Assembly (NCBI GenBank): GCA_038845265.1
Contig: JAWBQR010000003.1
Coordinates: forward strand, 89,337-153,336
Length of the DNA stretch: 64,000 nt
Source: Nitrososphaerota archaeon
Lineage (GTDB): Archaea; Thermoproteota; Nitrososphaeria_A; Caldarchaeales; Calditenuaceae
Reading direction: 5' to 3'
The position numbers were made by a program, and so were the translations under genes. Shown piece after piece: positions 45,689-56,379 of the stretch. Numbering within the stretch: the stretch's first letter is position 1; each line of letters starts with the position of its first letter. The notes beneath the pieces were generated by a model. It was not told the origin of the DNA. It saw only the letters and a program-made list of their open reading frames with translations, and ran no database searches.

Positions 45689-48577
45689 TTATTTTAAGTA
45701 TACGCCTGGCCTAAGTGGAGTCGCCTGCATGGCCTTTCCCATCGGATCATCAACTGCATCTTCTGCACGCAATATTTCTACACCGCATCCAATCTCTATC
45801 TGAATGTAATTTCTAGCACTGGAATATACGTTGAATTCCTCATCTATAACCTTCAGAACAACTTCAGCACCATATCTAGGGATCAATTCTCTTAAAGTTG
45901 AGGCGATTTTCTCAATCAAGATTGGGAGCCGCTTGGCCTCAGATGGCACCTCTGCTATCAGCTTCTTGATTATTTGTCTAGGCTTCGAGGCAGCGTCTTG
46001 GACTCCGGCCGCAATGACCTCCTCCACTATTCTTCTCATCCATCTTGGAGCGACAAATATATTCACCATACTTGGACGCTTGCCTGTCGCCTCTATTATC
46101 TCATTTACATCCTCTATAACTTTCTCAATGATCTCCTCTTTCAGGAGAATGTCGTCAGGTATCTGCTCCGGTATTTCTGGCCAACTACTGTTTGAGACTA
46201 ACCCTTCGCCGCCTATTATGCTCCATGCCTCCTCTGCTGTAAACGGAGCGAAGGGCGATAACGCTTTAATCCAGGACTCAATATAGGGTTTCGATGCCGG
46301 CCCTGGCCGACCTCCTCTTCTCTTAAGATATCTTTTCCAGTCATTACTCATCAGGTATAAAACCGTCGCCGCCGCACTTCTAGTCTTCAACACTTCAAGA
46401 TAGCTATCGATATCAGTTAACCACTTTTTTAATCTGGCTATTAACCAAGCGTCTATATCCGTAAAGGAATCGTCTTTCCGGCTGGAAGCATAATCCGAGA
46501 TAGTCTTGAGGAATGCGTCAAGTGATTTTCTGACCTCTTCTGCATTCTTTGACCGCCAGTCTGGGTCGTTCATCTCTTCTGCAGATAGTAGAAGGGCGAG
46601 CCTAGTTGCATCCGCACCATACTTCGAGATAGCTGTTTTTAGAGGCACGAAATTCCCCTTACTCTTGCTCATCTTTTCGCCCTCGACCTGTACCATCCCG
46701 TTAATTCCTACTGCCCTAGGCCATTTCTCTGGAGTAAATATCGCGACATGGTGAAAGATGAAGAATGTGAGATGATTCGGTAAAAGCTCCTTGGCAGATA
46801 TCCTTAGATCTACTGGATACCAGTACTCAAATTCCTCTCTCATCTGTTCAAGGATTTCCCGTGGAATACCTGTGGATATTGATAACTTCTCGGGGTTACC
46901 TATGCCTAGGAATACATAGTTTAGAACATCTATGCTTAGTTGACTATTCGACACGATTCCTAAATTTAGATACTTACTTATCGTGTACAGGGCTTGATAA
47001 ATTGTAGAGTCGCTGAGTGTCTCTACTATCCATGAATTATCGAAGGGAAGTCTCGTCCCAAGTCCTGTCTTCCTAGCGCAGGGCCAGTCCCTTAGCCAGT
47101 CAACCACGTTGTAGAACCACTGCCTAGCCGTCTCCGGATAGATCTTCATCTGGTTAAGATGCGACTTGACGATTTCTTTCCAGTCACCGTCGGAATACGT
47201 TAGGAACCATTGGTCTTGAACGATCTTAACTATGCATTCATCACCTGACCGACATATTACTTTCTCCGGCAGATCATACATTAACCCGCCTAATCCTTCT
47301 CTAATTAGTCTGTCCTTGACGATGTCTCGGGCCATAACCACGGTTAAACCAAAATACTCGCCACATTTTTCATTCATTCTACCAGAATAGAATTCTTTTC
47401 CATAGACCTCCTTTGTCAGCTCTTCTAACCGTGGGTCAAGCGAGTCAATAATGCCTGCTTTCTCAACGAGGTCAACAGCTGGATGCGGAGATAACCCTTC
47501 TGTATTAATGATTGATATTGGCTCTAACTCTTTAACGATTGAATAATCGATGCCATATTGCTTTAGTATTTCTGGTCTTTGTTTAAGTTCTTTGAGACCA
47601 GCATAGTCGTAGGGGGCGTGACTTGGAACACTATAAACCACACCTGTGCCGAGTGATGGATTGACAAACTTTGCCGGAAGTATTGGCAGCGGCTTATTTG
47701 TCAGGGGGGTATAAGCAATTTTCCCCAACAATTCACGCCCAATAACCTCACCATTGACTTCAATGTCCAGTAATTGCTCTCGTAGTTTGTTAGCTGCCTC
47801 TCTACTAACGATTAATCGCTTATCCTTAGTCCTAATGAATGTATATACCGCATCTGGGTTGATCCAAATATTAGTAGCGCCAAATATTGTCTCTGGTCTA
47901 AAAGTAGCAGCCGCCAGATAAGCATCATCAATTTTAAAGTAAACAAGTACAAATTCCTCAGGCGAGACACCCTCACCTATTAATCTATCATGATCACCGG
48001 TTGGGCTCTGACAAACAGGGCACCAGACTACTGGGTGAGATCCTTTTCTCACTCTTCCTTTTTTCTCCAAAACGCGGTACTGCCACTCGATGAATTTGCT
48101 GTAGTATGGATGAAGATCAGTTGTATAAAATTCGCGTCGCCAATCTACTGAGAACCCCATTGCTCGAACAACATCTCGGTTTTCACGTGTATAATATTCA
48201 CATATGAAGGCTGGGTCTGTAAACTTATCAAGTATTTCTTCAGGAACTCCGTCTATCTCTCTCAGCATTCTTATGATTGATTGGTCTCCTCTCTTTAGTC
48301 TCTCGCTGGTTCCTGCTACAGCCTCACCGGTCCAGTGCCATGCCCAGGGAAATAATACATTATAGCCCTTCATTCTTTTGTATCTAGCTATGACGTCTAC
48401 TCTTGAGGCTGTAAACCCATGACCGACATGTAGGGGGCCATTCTGATACGAATAAGGGAAAGTTATGAAATATTTAGGTCTAGATTTGTCTGGGTCTGCT
48501 TCGAATATCCTTTTTTCTTGCCAGATCTTCAGCCATTTCTCTTCGTACTTCACTGGAGTGCTAATCATCACTACCAT
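45689..48577 (-). CDS. leuS: Leucine--tRNA ligase (archaeal type)
   Basis: PLHVGH, WHWTG, ATFRPET, GTGVVYSVPSHAPYD, KMSKSKGN. Confidence 0.97.
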   Translation of the reverse strand: MVVMISTPVKYEEKWLKIWQEKRIFEADPDKSRPKYFITFPYSYQNGPLHVGHGFTASRVDVIARYKRMKGYNVLFPWAWHWTGEAVAGTSERLKRGDQSIIRMLREIDGVPEEILDKFTDPAFICEYYTRENRDVVRAMGFSVDWRREFYTTDLHPYYSKFIEWQYRVLEKKGRVRKGSHPVVWCPVCQSPTGDHDRLIGEGVSPEEFVLVYFKIDDAYLAAATFRPETIFGATNIWINPDAVYTFIRTKDKRLIVSREAANKLREQLLDIEVNGEVIGRELLGKIAYTPLTNKPLPILPAKFVNPSLGTGVVYSVPSHAPYDYAGLKELKQRPEILKQYGIDYSIVKELEPISIINTEGLSPHPAVDLVEKAGIIDSLDPRLEELTKEVYGKEFYSGRMNEKCGEYFGLTVVMARDIVKDRLIREGLGGLMYDLPEKVICRSGDECIVKIVQDQWFLTYSDGDWKEIVKSHLNQMKIYPETARQWFYNVVDWLRDWPCARKTGLGTRLPFDNSWIVETLSDSTIYQALYTISKYLNLGIVSNSQLSIDVLNYVFLGIGNPEKLSISTGIPREILEQMREEFEYWYPVDLRISAKELLPNHLTFFIFHHVAIFTPEKWPRAVGINGMVQVEGEKMSKSKGNFVPLKTAISKYGADATRLALLLSAEEMNDPDWRSKNAEEVRKSLDAFLKTISDYASSRKDDSFTDIDAWLIARLKKWLTDIDSYLEVLKTRSAAATVLYLMSNDWKRYLKRRGGRPGPASKPYIESWIKALSPFAPFTAEEAWSIIGGEGLVSNSSWPEIPEQIPDDILLKEEIIEKVIEDVNEIIEATGKRPSMVNIFVAPRWMRRIVEEVIAAGVQDAASKPRQIIKKLIAEVPSEAKRLPILIEKIASTLRELIPRYGAEVVLKVIDEEFNVYSSARNYIQIEIGCGVEILRAEDAVDDPMGKAMQATPLRPGVYLK

Positions 48578-48705
48578 CAGGCATTATGGTGTTATATATA
48601 ACTGCACATTAAGTAATGTTAACGAGCCGGCACAAAGTTGCGACAAACATAATTGTTTATTAATTAATAATGGAGTTTTTGTATTGACAGTGGGGTGTCT
48701 ACTGT

Positions 48706-49659
48706 TTGGCTGATAAGGACATTTTCGACGTTATAGTCATCGGATCAGGCCCGGCCGGGTATACTGCCGCCCTGTATACAGCGAGGGCAAACCTTAGAGT
48801 ATTGATCATTGCTGGAGTAGCCCCAGGAGGACAACTAATGTTGACCGGGCATGTGGAAAATTTTCCAGGGTTCCCTGATGGAATCCTCGGGCCAGAACTT
48901 ATGGAAAGGATGAGAGAACAAGCGTTAAAGTTTGGTGCAAAGATAGTTTATGATGACGCTATTGATGTTGATTTTTCGAAGACTCCATATAAAGTCTTAA
49001 CAAGTGGTGAGGAATACCTAGGATACTCAGTAATTATAGCAACAGGAGCCGCTGCACGTTGGCTCGGACTTGAGTCTGAGAAACGATTGATTGGGAGAGG
49101 CGTGTCTGGCTGTGCAACCTGTGACGCACCACTCTTTAAGGGAGCTGACAACATAGTCATAATAGGTGGAGGCGACTCAGCAATGGAATACGCACTCTTC
49201 ACGGCCAATCTAGCTAAGAAAGTTACGGTAATTCATAGAAGAGACAAGCTAAGGGCGTCTAAGATAATGCAGGAAAGAGCCCTCTCCAACCCAAAAATTA
49301 CCTTCATCTGGAACAGCGTGGTCACAGATATAATTGGAGAAAATAAGGTCGAGGGAGTTAAAGTAAAGAATTTACTTACTGGCGAAGAAAAAACTATTCA
49401 ATGTAATGCAGTGTTTGTTGCGATCGGTCATAAACCGGCTACAGATATCTTCAGAGACAAGATTGATATGGATAATGAGGGATACATAATCACGAGAGAG
49501 ATCGTTAAGACTAGTGTTCCCGGCGTATTTGCTGCAGGAGATGTCCATGACAAAAAGTATAGACAGGCAATTACTGCGGCCGGATTTGGCTGCATGGCTG
49601 CGCTAGAAGCAATTAGATATGTAGAAGAAAAAGTCAATTCTAGTAAACGTACCCTATGA
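48706..49659 (+). CDS. trxB: Thioredoxin-disulfide reductase
   Basis: GSGPAG, GVSGCATCD, GGGDSA, HRRD, AAGDV, RQAITAAG. Confidence 0.97.
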   Translation: MADKDIFDVIVIGSGPAGYTAALYTARANLRVLIIAGVAPGGQLMLTGHVENFPGFPDGILGPELMERMREQALKFGAKIVYDDAIDVDFSKTPYKVLTSGEEYLGYSVIIATGAAARWLGLESEKRLIGRGVSGCATCDAPLFKGADNIVIIGGGDSAMEYALFTANLAKKVTVIHRRDKLRASKIMQERALSNPKITFIWNSVVTDIIGENKVEGVKVKNLLTGEEKTIQCNAVFVAIGHKPATDIFRDKIDMDNEGYIITREIVKTSVPGVFAAGDVHDKKYRQAITAAGFGCMAALEAIRYVEEKVNSSKRTL

Positions 49660-49679
49660 AGAACATTTAATTTATGTGA

Positions 49680-50330
49680 CTAAGGTTGCTTTATTTTTCT
49701 CTTGGAAGCTTTGTGTGCCAACAATATAGGTAGTGGCTCATCATAATTGAATAAAGAAATAATTTTGTTTATTGTTTGAAGATCAACCATATGTCCTATG
49801 CTTGCATAAAATATCTTGCCTTTCTTATTCTTGTAAGCTATGCCAACATAATCACCTGCAATCTCGAGTCTCCCAATCATGGGATTCTCCCATTTTACCT
49901 CACCTATTAGTAGCCTTTTGGCTATTCCAATGGATGGTGTGTCTGTCAATACGCCGATTATCGAAGCTAGCCCACCTCTTCTTGGATGAGCTAACCCATG
50001 ACCATCAACTAACAATAGGTCAGGCTTTACTGATAATTTACTAAGAGCACCAAGCAGTAAAGGGGCCTCCCTAACATAGAGTAGGCCAGGCACATACTCA
50101 TAAAGAGCCCTTCCTTGGAATATTATTTCGGAGATAGGCGATTTTTCACCCAGCCGCATAATTACGGCGGCTGCAACTCCCTCATTGTTTTTGTAAGCGG
50201 CGTCCAGCCCACATATAAGCATGCCTTCCTTTAGCTCAAACTCATCAATCTTAACAAGGCTTGACAGTTTCTCCTGTATCTTTTCAAAAAACACGAATTC
50301 ACCCTCTTTACTCATCCCAAGTATTAGCAC
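49680..50330 (-). CDS. nfi: Endonuclease V
   Basis: GLDAAY, YVPGLLYVRE, VDGHGLAHPRRGGLA, IGIAK, SIGH. Confidence 0.93.
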   Translation of the reverse strand: MLILGMSKEGEFVFFEKIQEKLSSLVKIDEFELKEGMLICGLDAAYKNNEGVAAAVIMRLGEKSPISEIIFQGRALYEYVPGLLYVREAPLLLGALSKLSVKPDLLLVDGHGLAHPRRGGLASIIGVLTDTPSIGIAKRLLIGEVKWENPMIGRLEIAGDYVGIAYKNKKGKIFYASIGHMVDLQTINKIISLFNYDEPLPILLAHKASKRKIKQP

Positions 50331-50340
50331 AAATTAGATC

Positions 50341-51576
50341 TTATTCAGTCTTTATGATGGCAAAATTTTTCCTATTCCGCAATGAATTTCTCCTATGTTT
50401 TTCTAATAAATTTTCAAGCTGACTTATCGAGCTTACATGCTCACAGTTCTCAAGATTAAGCTCCTTGCATTTATCTCGTGAGTAATAAATTATGGGTAGT
50501 CCTAATGCATTTCCAGCAGAAAAAAGCTCGAGATTTTTCTGGTTCAGCTTGCCTATTGGCGGCGAAGTGTAAATCAATAGATCGGTTTTTTTGAGTTCTG
50601 ATAATGCGGTATTATAAGATTCTTCTGATATTTCTCTGAAGGGCTCTTCAGCGATAACCTCGCCTCCTGCACCTTTTGCAATTGCATAGTCGATATCGCC
50701 CTTATGTAACACCCCAGTAATAAAACGGTACCCCAGCCTGCTAAGTAATCTATAGACAAGTAGGCCGCTGCCACCTCCAGCAATTACAAAGACCTTGAAA
50801 TCACTCCCATCCCTGACTACGGGCTCTGCTACAAGAGTATCTTTACTAAAAATAAGCTCACCATTAAATCCGTAAAGTTCTTCGATTCCACCCTCCTCGA
50901 CTAATTGTTCGGGAACGTCGTAAATTTTTATCATTCCCGTGTTACATACAAGTAATTTATCGCATAGCCTGATGGCGAGTTCTACGTCGTGTGTAGAGGC
51001 TATAATAGCTATTTTTTTCTCCCTACTCAACTTTCTCAGTAGTAGCATTATTTCTACTCGGCCTTTAGCGTCTAGATGCGTAGTAGGTTCGTCAAGTATG
51101 AGTATAGAGGGCTCCTGTGCTAGCGCCCTAGCAATCATTACTCTTTGCTTCTCACCATCGCTGATCTCATTGAATCTTCTATCAGCTAAAGTTAATGCGC
51201 CCGTAGCTCTAAGAGATTCCTCAATTACTAGTTTGTCGCGGTGAGAGAGCCTAGCGAATGAGCCAGTATACTGATACCTACCCATGGCAACTATCTCGTA
51301 GTTGGTCAAAAGTCCTGGTTGAATTTTCTCAGTCAGCACTATACCTATTTTTTTCGCGACTTCTTGATTACTCATCTTCCATAGGTCTTTCCCATCTATG
51401 AATATCGCACCGCCTAATGGCTTCAATAGCCTCGCCATAGTCTTTAGTAATGTTGACTTCCCAGAGGCGTTAGGCCCGATTACACCTATGAATTTCCCTG
51501 GCTCGATGTTTAAAGATGCCTCGTTTATCACTGTTCTACTTCCATAGCCAACCGTGAGACCAATTGTTGATAACAA
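50341..51576 (-). CDS. Iron-siderophore/cobalamin ABC transporter ATPase
   Basis: GPNASGKST, ISDGEKQR, LDEPT, HD; C-terminal VFVIAGGGSG extension. Confidence 0.92.
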   Translation of the reverse strand: MLSTIGLTVGYGSRTVINEASLNIEPGKFIGVIGPNASGKSTLLKTMARLLKPLGGAIFIDGKDLWKMSNQEVAKKIGIVLTEKIQPGLLTNYEIVAMGRYQYTGSFARLSHRDKLVIEESLRATGALTLADRRFNEISDGEKQRVMIARALAQEPSILILDEPTTHLDAKGRVEIMLLLRKLSREKKIAIIASTHDVELAIRLCDKLLVCNTGMIKIYDVPEQLVEEGGIEELYGFNGELIFSKDTLVAEPVVRDGSDFKVFVIAGGGSGLLVYRLLSRLGYRFITGVLHKGDIDYAIAKGAGGEVIAEEPFREISEESYNTALSELKKTDLLIYTSPPIGKLNQKNLELFSAGNALGLPIIYYSRDKCKELNLENCEHVSSISQLENLLEKHRRNSLRNRKNFAIIKTE

Positions 51577-51577
51577 C

Positions 51578-52600
51578 TTAAGTGCTCCCCTCCTTCAATA
51601 GCAGGATTATCACAAGTGGTGCACCGAAAATCGCGGTGATGGCGGTTATTGGCAAGTCCCTCGGCATCATTAGTGTTCGGGCAGCCAAGTCGGCAGTTGC
51701 AGTTATGATCGAGCCCAAGACCGCTGAGAGAGGCAATACGACCCGGTTATCAGACGTCCCAGATAGATACCTCGAGATATGTGGAGCGACTAGGCCTATG
51801 AATCCTACCGGGCCAGCGACTACGGTGACGACAGAGGTCAAAAATGACGTCAAAGCAATTGATCCAACCTTCACTATACGAATGTTTATCCCCATGCTTA
51901 GAGCATAATTCTCACTAAGCATGAAAGCGTTAAGAGGCTTGGCGAGGATCAGTGAGAATACCGTTCCAATAATTATGGCTAATATTAAGAAATCTACGAA
52001 TATCCATTTTGCTCCTGAGAAGCTCCCCATGACCCAGAATATAAAGACGTGAAATCTCTCTATGTCTGAGATTACTTGTAATATGCTTGTTATGGCTGAA
52101 GCTAGGTAGCTTATGGCGACACCTATTACTAGCAGTGTCGTTATCCCCCTGACGAGGCTAGAAGCAAAAATCATGAATAGAGATACTGTTAATGCTCCAA
52201 TGAATCCGGCTAGGTAAAGAGTGTATGGGCTGAAGGGATTATTGATGCCTAAACTCGTGCCCATAAAAATTGCTAGGGCGATGAAGAGCGCCGAGCCGGA
52301 GGATATACCAATCACATAGGGCTCAGCGATAGGATTTCTGAAGAAGACCTGAAGAATTGCGCCAGATATTCCGAGAGCCGCGCCTCCAGCGAGAGCGGCC
52401 AAAACTCTTGGCAGCCTTATAGAATTAATTATCGCAGTATATACATCCTGACTCCAAGCACCAATTAGGGATGCTACTACTTTTTCAAACGGTATGCTTA
52501 TGCTTCCTACCGATATTGATAGAAGAGTAATTAATGGAATTAGTGGTAGGAGAAGAATTATCCAGATAAATTTTCTTGTCCTAAAGGTATCATTATTCAT
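51578..52600 (-). CDS. FecCD/BtuC-family ABC permease
   Basis: IRLPRV, FRNPIAEPYVIGISSG, GPVGFIGLVAPH. Confidence 0.93.
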   Translation of the reverse strand: MNNDTFRTRKFIWIILLLPLIPLITLLSISVGSISIPFEKVVASLIGAWSQDVYTAIINSIRLPRVLAALAGGAALGISGAILQVFFRNPIAEPYVIGISSGSALFIALAIFMGTSLGINNPFSPYTLYLAGFIGALTVSLFMIFASSLVRGITTLLVIGVAISYLASAITSILQVISDIERFHVFIFWVMGSFSGAKWIFVDFLILAIIIGTVFSLILAKPLNAFMLSENYALSMGINIRIVKVGSIALTSFLTSVVTVVAGPVGFIGLVAPHISRYLSGTSDNRVVLPLSAVLGSIITATADLAARTLMMPRDLPITAITAIFGAPLVIILLLKEGST

Positions 52601-52606
52601 GAGTTT

Positions 52607-53818
52607 TCACTCTGCTATATTTATGAAGTATCTTAGTTGGTGCTCCGGGAATTCTTCTGGATGCAGTATGTAGGCAAGGTCCAGATACCATCCTTCTACG
52701 TCGTAAAATCCTAATTGATAGATCATGGGGGAGTAAGTATAGACTCGCTTTTGTTTGACGGCATTTGTCTCAGACAGCCCAGGAGCCTCTGCCAGAATGT
52801 CTGACAGGCTACTAACGATGCCTGGATAAATTATCACATCGATCTCGCCGGCGTGTCCCAGAATTTCCTCGAGAGTTGTGACGAAGCTGCTTGTCTGCTT
52901 TACATCGCTGAAGATATATCTGGCGTTTAGTTGTCTTAATGCCTTTGCAACGTATGACTCACCGCCTGCTGCATATACTGTACCTTTGTAGATGCTGAAC
53001 CAGGCGACATTTGGAGGCACTCTATCTGCGACTTTTCTTGCAATTGATGAGATTGTTTGCTCGCACTTATTGAAGATCTCTTTGGCCTCAGAATCAAGTC
53101 CGTAAAAAGAGGCAACGAATTTTATCCATTCAAATCTTCCTAAGTAGTCATTTTCAAGGTACTCATTTATGACAGCGTATTTTATTCCTAATTCATCGAA
53201 CTTTGACATTGCCTCCATTCCCGGAAATGCATAGATGAAAACTATGTCTGGGTTAAGCGTGAGTATTTCTTCATAATTTGGCGTTTCAGGAGCCCCAACG
53301 TCCTTTATCCTTCCACTAATCAGTGCTTCATCTACATCTTTGAAATACCACTCATATTGTCCCCCCCACATTATTCCGACTACCGTGTCTAGAATGTCTG
53401 GACGATATTCTTTGAGACGCATTAAGAGCGCCACCTGAGTGGCCGACATGAGGATTACACGCTCGACTGGGACATAGATAACTATTCCTTCAACTCCTAT
53501 AGGAGGTGACTTATTTCGTGGCACCAGTATCAGTGTCCTATTGAGAGCGTCCTTGACTATCTTGTAGTCATCAAACTCTGTTACCTTAAAGAGACGAGCA
53601 TACTTTATTTCTGATTCGCTCTTAGTGATTGTGACTGTCTCCGTGTGACGAATCGTCGTTGTGTAGACTGTCTTACTTGTATAAGTATATGTGAACCTCT
53701 CGGTAACCGTGACTCGGCTAATCAGCATTGACGATGAAAGAAATCCTACAAGGATTCCTATGATGAGAGAGATGGATATAGTGGCTATAATTAAACGCCT
53801 CATGGATGGATTATCCAT
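52607..53818 (-). CDS. Iron/cobalamin ABC substrate-binding protein
   Basis: N-terminal TM anchor, Thr-rich linker, VPVERVILMSAT, PNYEEIL, EYLE...LGRFEWIKF, DLAYILHPE. Confidence 0.88.
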   Translation of the reverse strand: MDNPSMRRLIIATISISLIIGILVGFLSSSMLISRVTVTERFTYTYTSKTVYTTTIRHTETVTITKSESEIKYARLFKVTEFDDYKIVKDALNRTLILVPRNKSPPIGVEGIVIYVPVERVILMSATQVALLMRLKEYRPDILDTVVGIMWGGQYEWYFKDVDEALISGRIKDVGAPETPNYEEILTLNPDIVFIYAFPGMEAMSKFDELGIKYAVINEYLENDYLGRFEWIKFVASFYGLDSEAKEIFNKCEQTISSIARKVADRVPPNVAWFSIYKGTVYAAGGESYVAKALRQLNARYIFSDVKQTSSFVTTLEEILGHAGEIDVIIYPGIVSSLSDILAEAPGLSETNAVKQKRVYTYSPMIYQLGFYDVEGWYLDLAYILHPEEFPEHQLRYFINIAE

Positions 53819-54001
53819 CCATTAAACTAGGATTTAAACATTTACAAATCGTAATACCGACCAGCCAATGAATCACTCATAACCAAGCAATAATCTATTA
53901 AGGCTATAAACCATTAATCTCAATTAGTTTAAAAATACTCTTAGCCACCAAAAAGTAAGTGTTTATTTTTTACTTAATCTCCACTCTTCTATAGTTGCCT
54001 C

Positions 54002-54205
54002 ATGAGGCTTAGATATGTGCTGAGCCAGCTCTTAAGACCTTTCATAAGAAGAGACAGAGAGATCCGTCCATCAATAGAGGAAATGAACAAGGCGAGAGAA
54101 GTCATCTCAAAGATCAGTAGGAATAAAGAGATGGATATTGTTGAGAAAGTGGCCAAATTTAAGTCCATGATGGAGGGACAAAAAGATGGAAAAAGAGAGA
54201 AATAA
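54002..54205 (+). CDS. Small hypothetical protein
   Basis: 67-aa charged ORF overlapping the rpiA start. Confidence 0.5.
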   Translation: MRLRYVLSQLLRPFIRRDREIRPSIEEMNKAREVISKISRNKEMDIVEKVAKFKSMMEGQKDGKREK

Positions 54206-54881
54206 GGAGAGAGCAAGGATGGCGGTAGTTGATGCCGCGATAAAAACTGTAGCAAGCTTAGGCAGTAATATTACAATAGGTCTTGGAACAGGCTCAACAT
54301 CCGCATTATTCATAAACATGCTTTCAAGAACCATTGGCACTGAATCGGTAAGGGCTGTTATACCGACCTCCTATCAATCTGAGGAGGAGGCGGCTAAGGC
54401 TGGATTTAAGATTGCCTATCTAAGAGAAGTAAAGCGGCCCGATATTTACGTAGACAGCTTTGACCAATGCGACCTTCAGGGAAACGTCATCAAGGGAGGC
54501 GGAGGCGCAGTTACGAGAGAAAAATTACTCATGGTTTTGTCACGCAAGGTGTTACTCATAGGCGATGAGCAGAAACTTGTCAATAAGCTTAACATGGCTG
54601 TACCTATCGAGGTCATACCTTTCGCTATTCATGGAGTAATAACAATGATATCAGAGATGGGGTGGAAGCCAATCATCAGGCAAGCAGCTGGAAAGGCAGG
54701 CCCAGTTATTACTGACAACGGAAATTTAATTCTTGACGTTGACATTGGTGTGATAGAGAATCCCTCCGAGGCTGAGTTAAAATTGAGAGTGATTCCGGGA
54801 GTTGTAGAAGTTGGAATATGCACACGCAGGGGATACCAAATCCTAATAGGAATGAATGATGGTACCGTCAAATCAATATAA
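54186..54881 (+). CDS. rpiA: Ribose-5-phosphate isomerase A
   Basis: GLGTGST, IPTS, KGGGGAVTREK, PIEV, ITDNGN, PGVVEVG; DGAD motif reads DSFD. Confidence 0.88.
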   Translation: MEKERNKERARMAVVDAAIKTVASLGSNITIGLGTGSTSALFINMLSRTIGTESVRAVIPTSYQSEEEAAKAGFKIAYLREVKRPDIYVDSFDQCDLQGNVIKGGGGAVTREKLLMVLSRKVLLIGDEQKLVNKLNMAVPIEVIPFAIHGVITMISEMGWKPIIRQAAGKAGPVITDNGNLILDVDIGVIENPSEAELKLRVIPGVVEVGICTRRGYQILIGMNDGTVKSI

Positions 54882-54936
54882 ATTTAGTAATTATTCATTA
54901 ACTACCTCATTCCACTTGTGGTTAAGGTGGTAAGGA

Positions 54937-56376
54937 CTGAGTTTTAGAGAAGGAAGACTCAGAAGAAAGATGGATAGGGATGCGGCTGAATATATAACAT
55001 CACTCCCATTTGACACAGAAATCTATAAAGAAGTAATCCTGATAAACACCGTACATCTCAAAATGCTCGCCAAACTTGGATACATAAGCAAAGAAGACCT
55101 AGTAAAGGGACTAAACACCCTAAAAGAAATGTTAGAGAGACCGATAAACCTTGATAACCCATTGCTAGAAGACATCCACATAGTTGTCGAGGATTACTTA
55201 TCGAGACAGCTCCCAAACGCTGGGCTAAACCTCGCACTAGGAAAAAGCCGTAATGACGCAGTCGCAACAGCGATAAGGATGCATGTAAAAGAAAAAATAG
55301 TCGAGATAGTAGATGAGGGAATCCAACTTATAGAGTCTCTTCTTAGGAAGGCTCAAGAAGAAGCATCCACGGTATTTCCTGTATATACTCATTTGCAGGT
55401 TGCTGCCCCGGCCACATTCGGATTCATAATGAGTTTTTACGCCTCAAGAATGATCAGCGCCCTAGAATCTCTTACCCATGCATACATGTCTTCTGACCAG
55501 TGCCCCCTAGGCGCAGGTGCAGTATGTGGATCATCAATAATGCTGGATAGAGAGTGGATGGCTTCGCAGCTGGGCTTCTCCTACGTATTGGAAAATGCGC
55601 TTGATGCTTCTTCTTCGCGTGACTTCTTAATTGACTTACTCTCAGCCATACTTAAATTAGCTCTACCAATTACCGACATGTCAGAGGAACTAGTCCTATA
55701 CTCAAGTGGAGAATATGGATTAATTGTTTTTCCCGACGAATACTCATCGACAAGCAGCATAATGCCCCATAAGAAAAACCCAGTAGTAGCGGAGATTGGG
55801 CGAACAAAAGTTTCAGAAATTGCTTCAGAATTTTTACGCATAATTATGATCATGCAGAGAAAAGTGAGTGGCTATGTGCTTGACCTTCAACAAATCACAC
55901 CAGGAGTCTGGAGAGCAATTAATCATTTGCTATTTACGTTGAGAATCTATAAAAAGATGATTCCTCAAATTTCAATAAACAAGGAAAGAGCATATGAGTT
56001 ATGCAGACCACCTGTAGCGATGACTGAGTTGGCAAACTACCTTACCACAAGTCTAAGGATACCTTACAGAACGGCCCATAAAATTTGTGGCGAAGCGACA
56101 CTATTATTAATTGAAAATAAGCTTACTGATGAAGCGTTCAGAGAGGTTCTTAAGAGTCATGGCGTAGATGCATCTCTGACGGTTCAGGAAGTTTTATCTA
56201 TCTTAGAGCCTAAGTCCGTCGTGAGTTCCTACAAAACAATGGGGTCTGCAAATCCATATGAAGTTTCCCGAATGATATCCCATATGGAGGAAGAGTTAGA
56301 AGAACTCAAGAGCTGGGTAAAGGCACGTAAGGAGAACCTCGCCTCTATCGATAAATTAGTATTTGAAAGTTTTTAA
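54937..56376 (+). CDS. argH: Argininosuccinate lyase (probable CTG start at 54937)
   Basis: EDIH, GKSRND, YTHLQ, PLGAGA, SSIMPHKKNP; in-frame extension SFREGRLRRK after GGTGG. Confidence 0.93.
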   Translation: MSFREGRLRRKMDRDAAEYITSLPFDTEIYKEVILINTVHLKMLAKLGYISKEDLVKGLNTLKEMLERPINLDNPLLEDIHIVVEDYLSRQLPNAGLNLALGKSRNDAVATAIRMHVKEKIVEIVDEGIQLIESLLRKAQEEASTVFPVYTHLQVAAPATFGFIMSFYASRMISALESLTHAYMSSDQCPLGAGAVCGSSIMLDREWMASQLGFSYVLENALDASSSRDFLIDLLSAILKLALPITDMSEELVLYSSGEYGLIVFPDEYSSTSSIMPHKKNPVVAEIGRTKVSEIASEFLRIIMIMQRKVSGYVLDLQQITPGVWRAINHLLFTLRIYKKMIPQISINKERAYELCRPPVAMTELANYLTTSLRIPYRTAHKICGEATLLLIENKLTDEAFREVLKSHGVDASLTVQEVLSILEPKSVVSSYKTMGSANPYEVSRMISHMEEELEELKSWVKARKENLASIDKLVFESF

Positions 56377-56379
56377 CTT

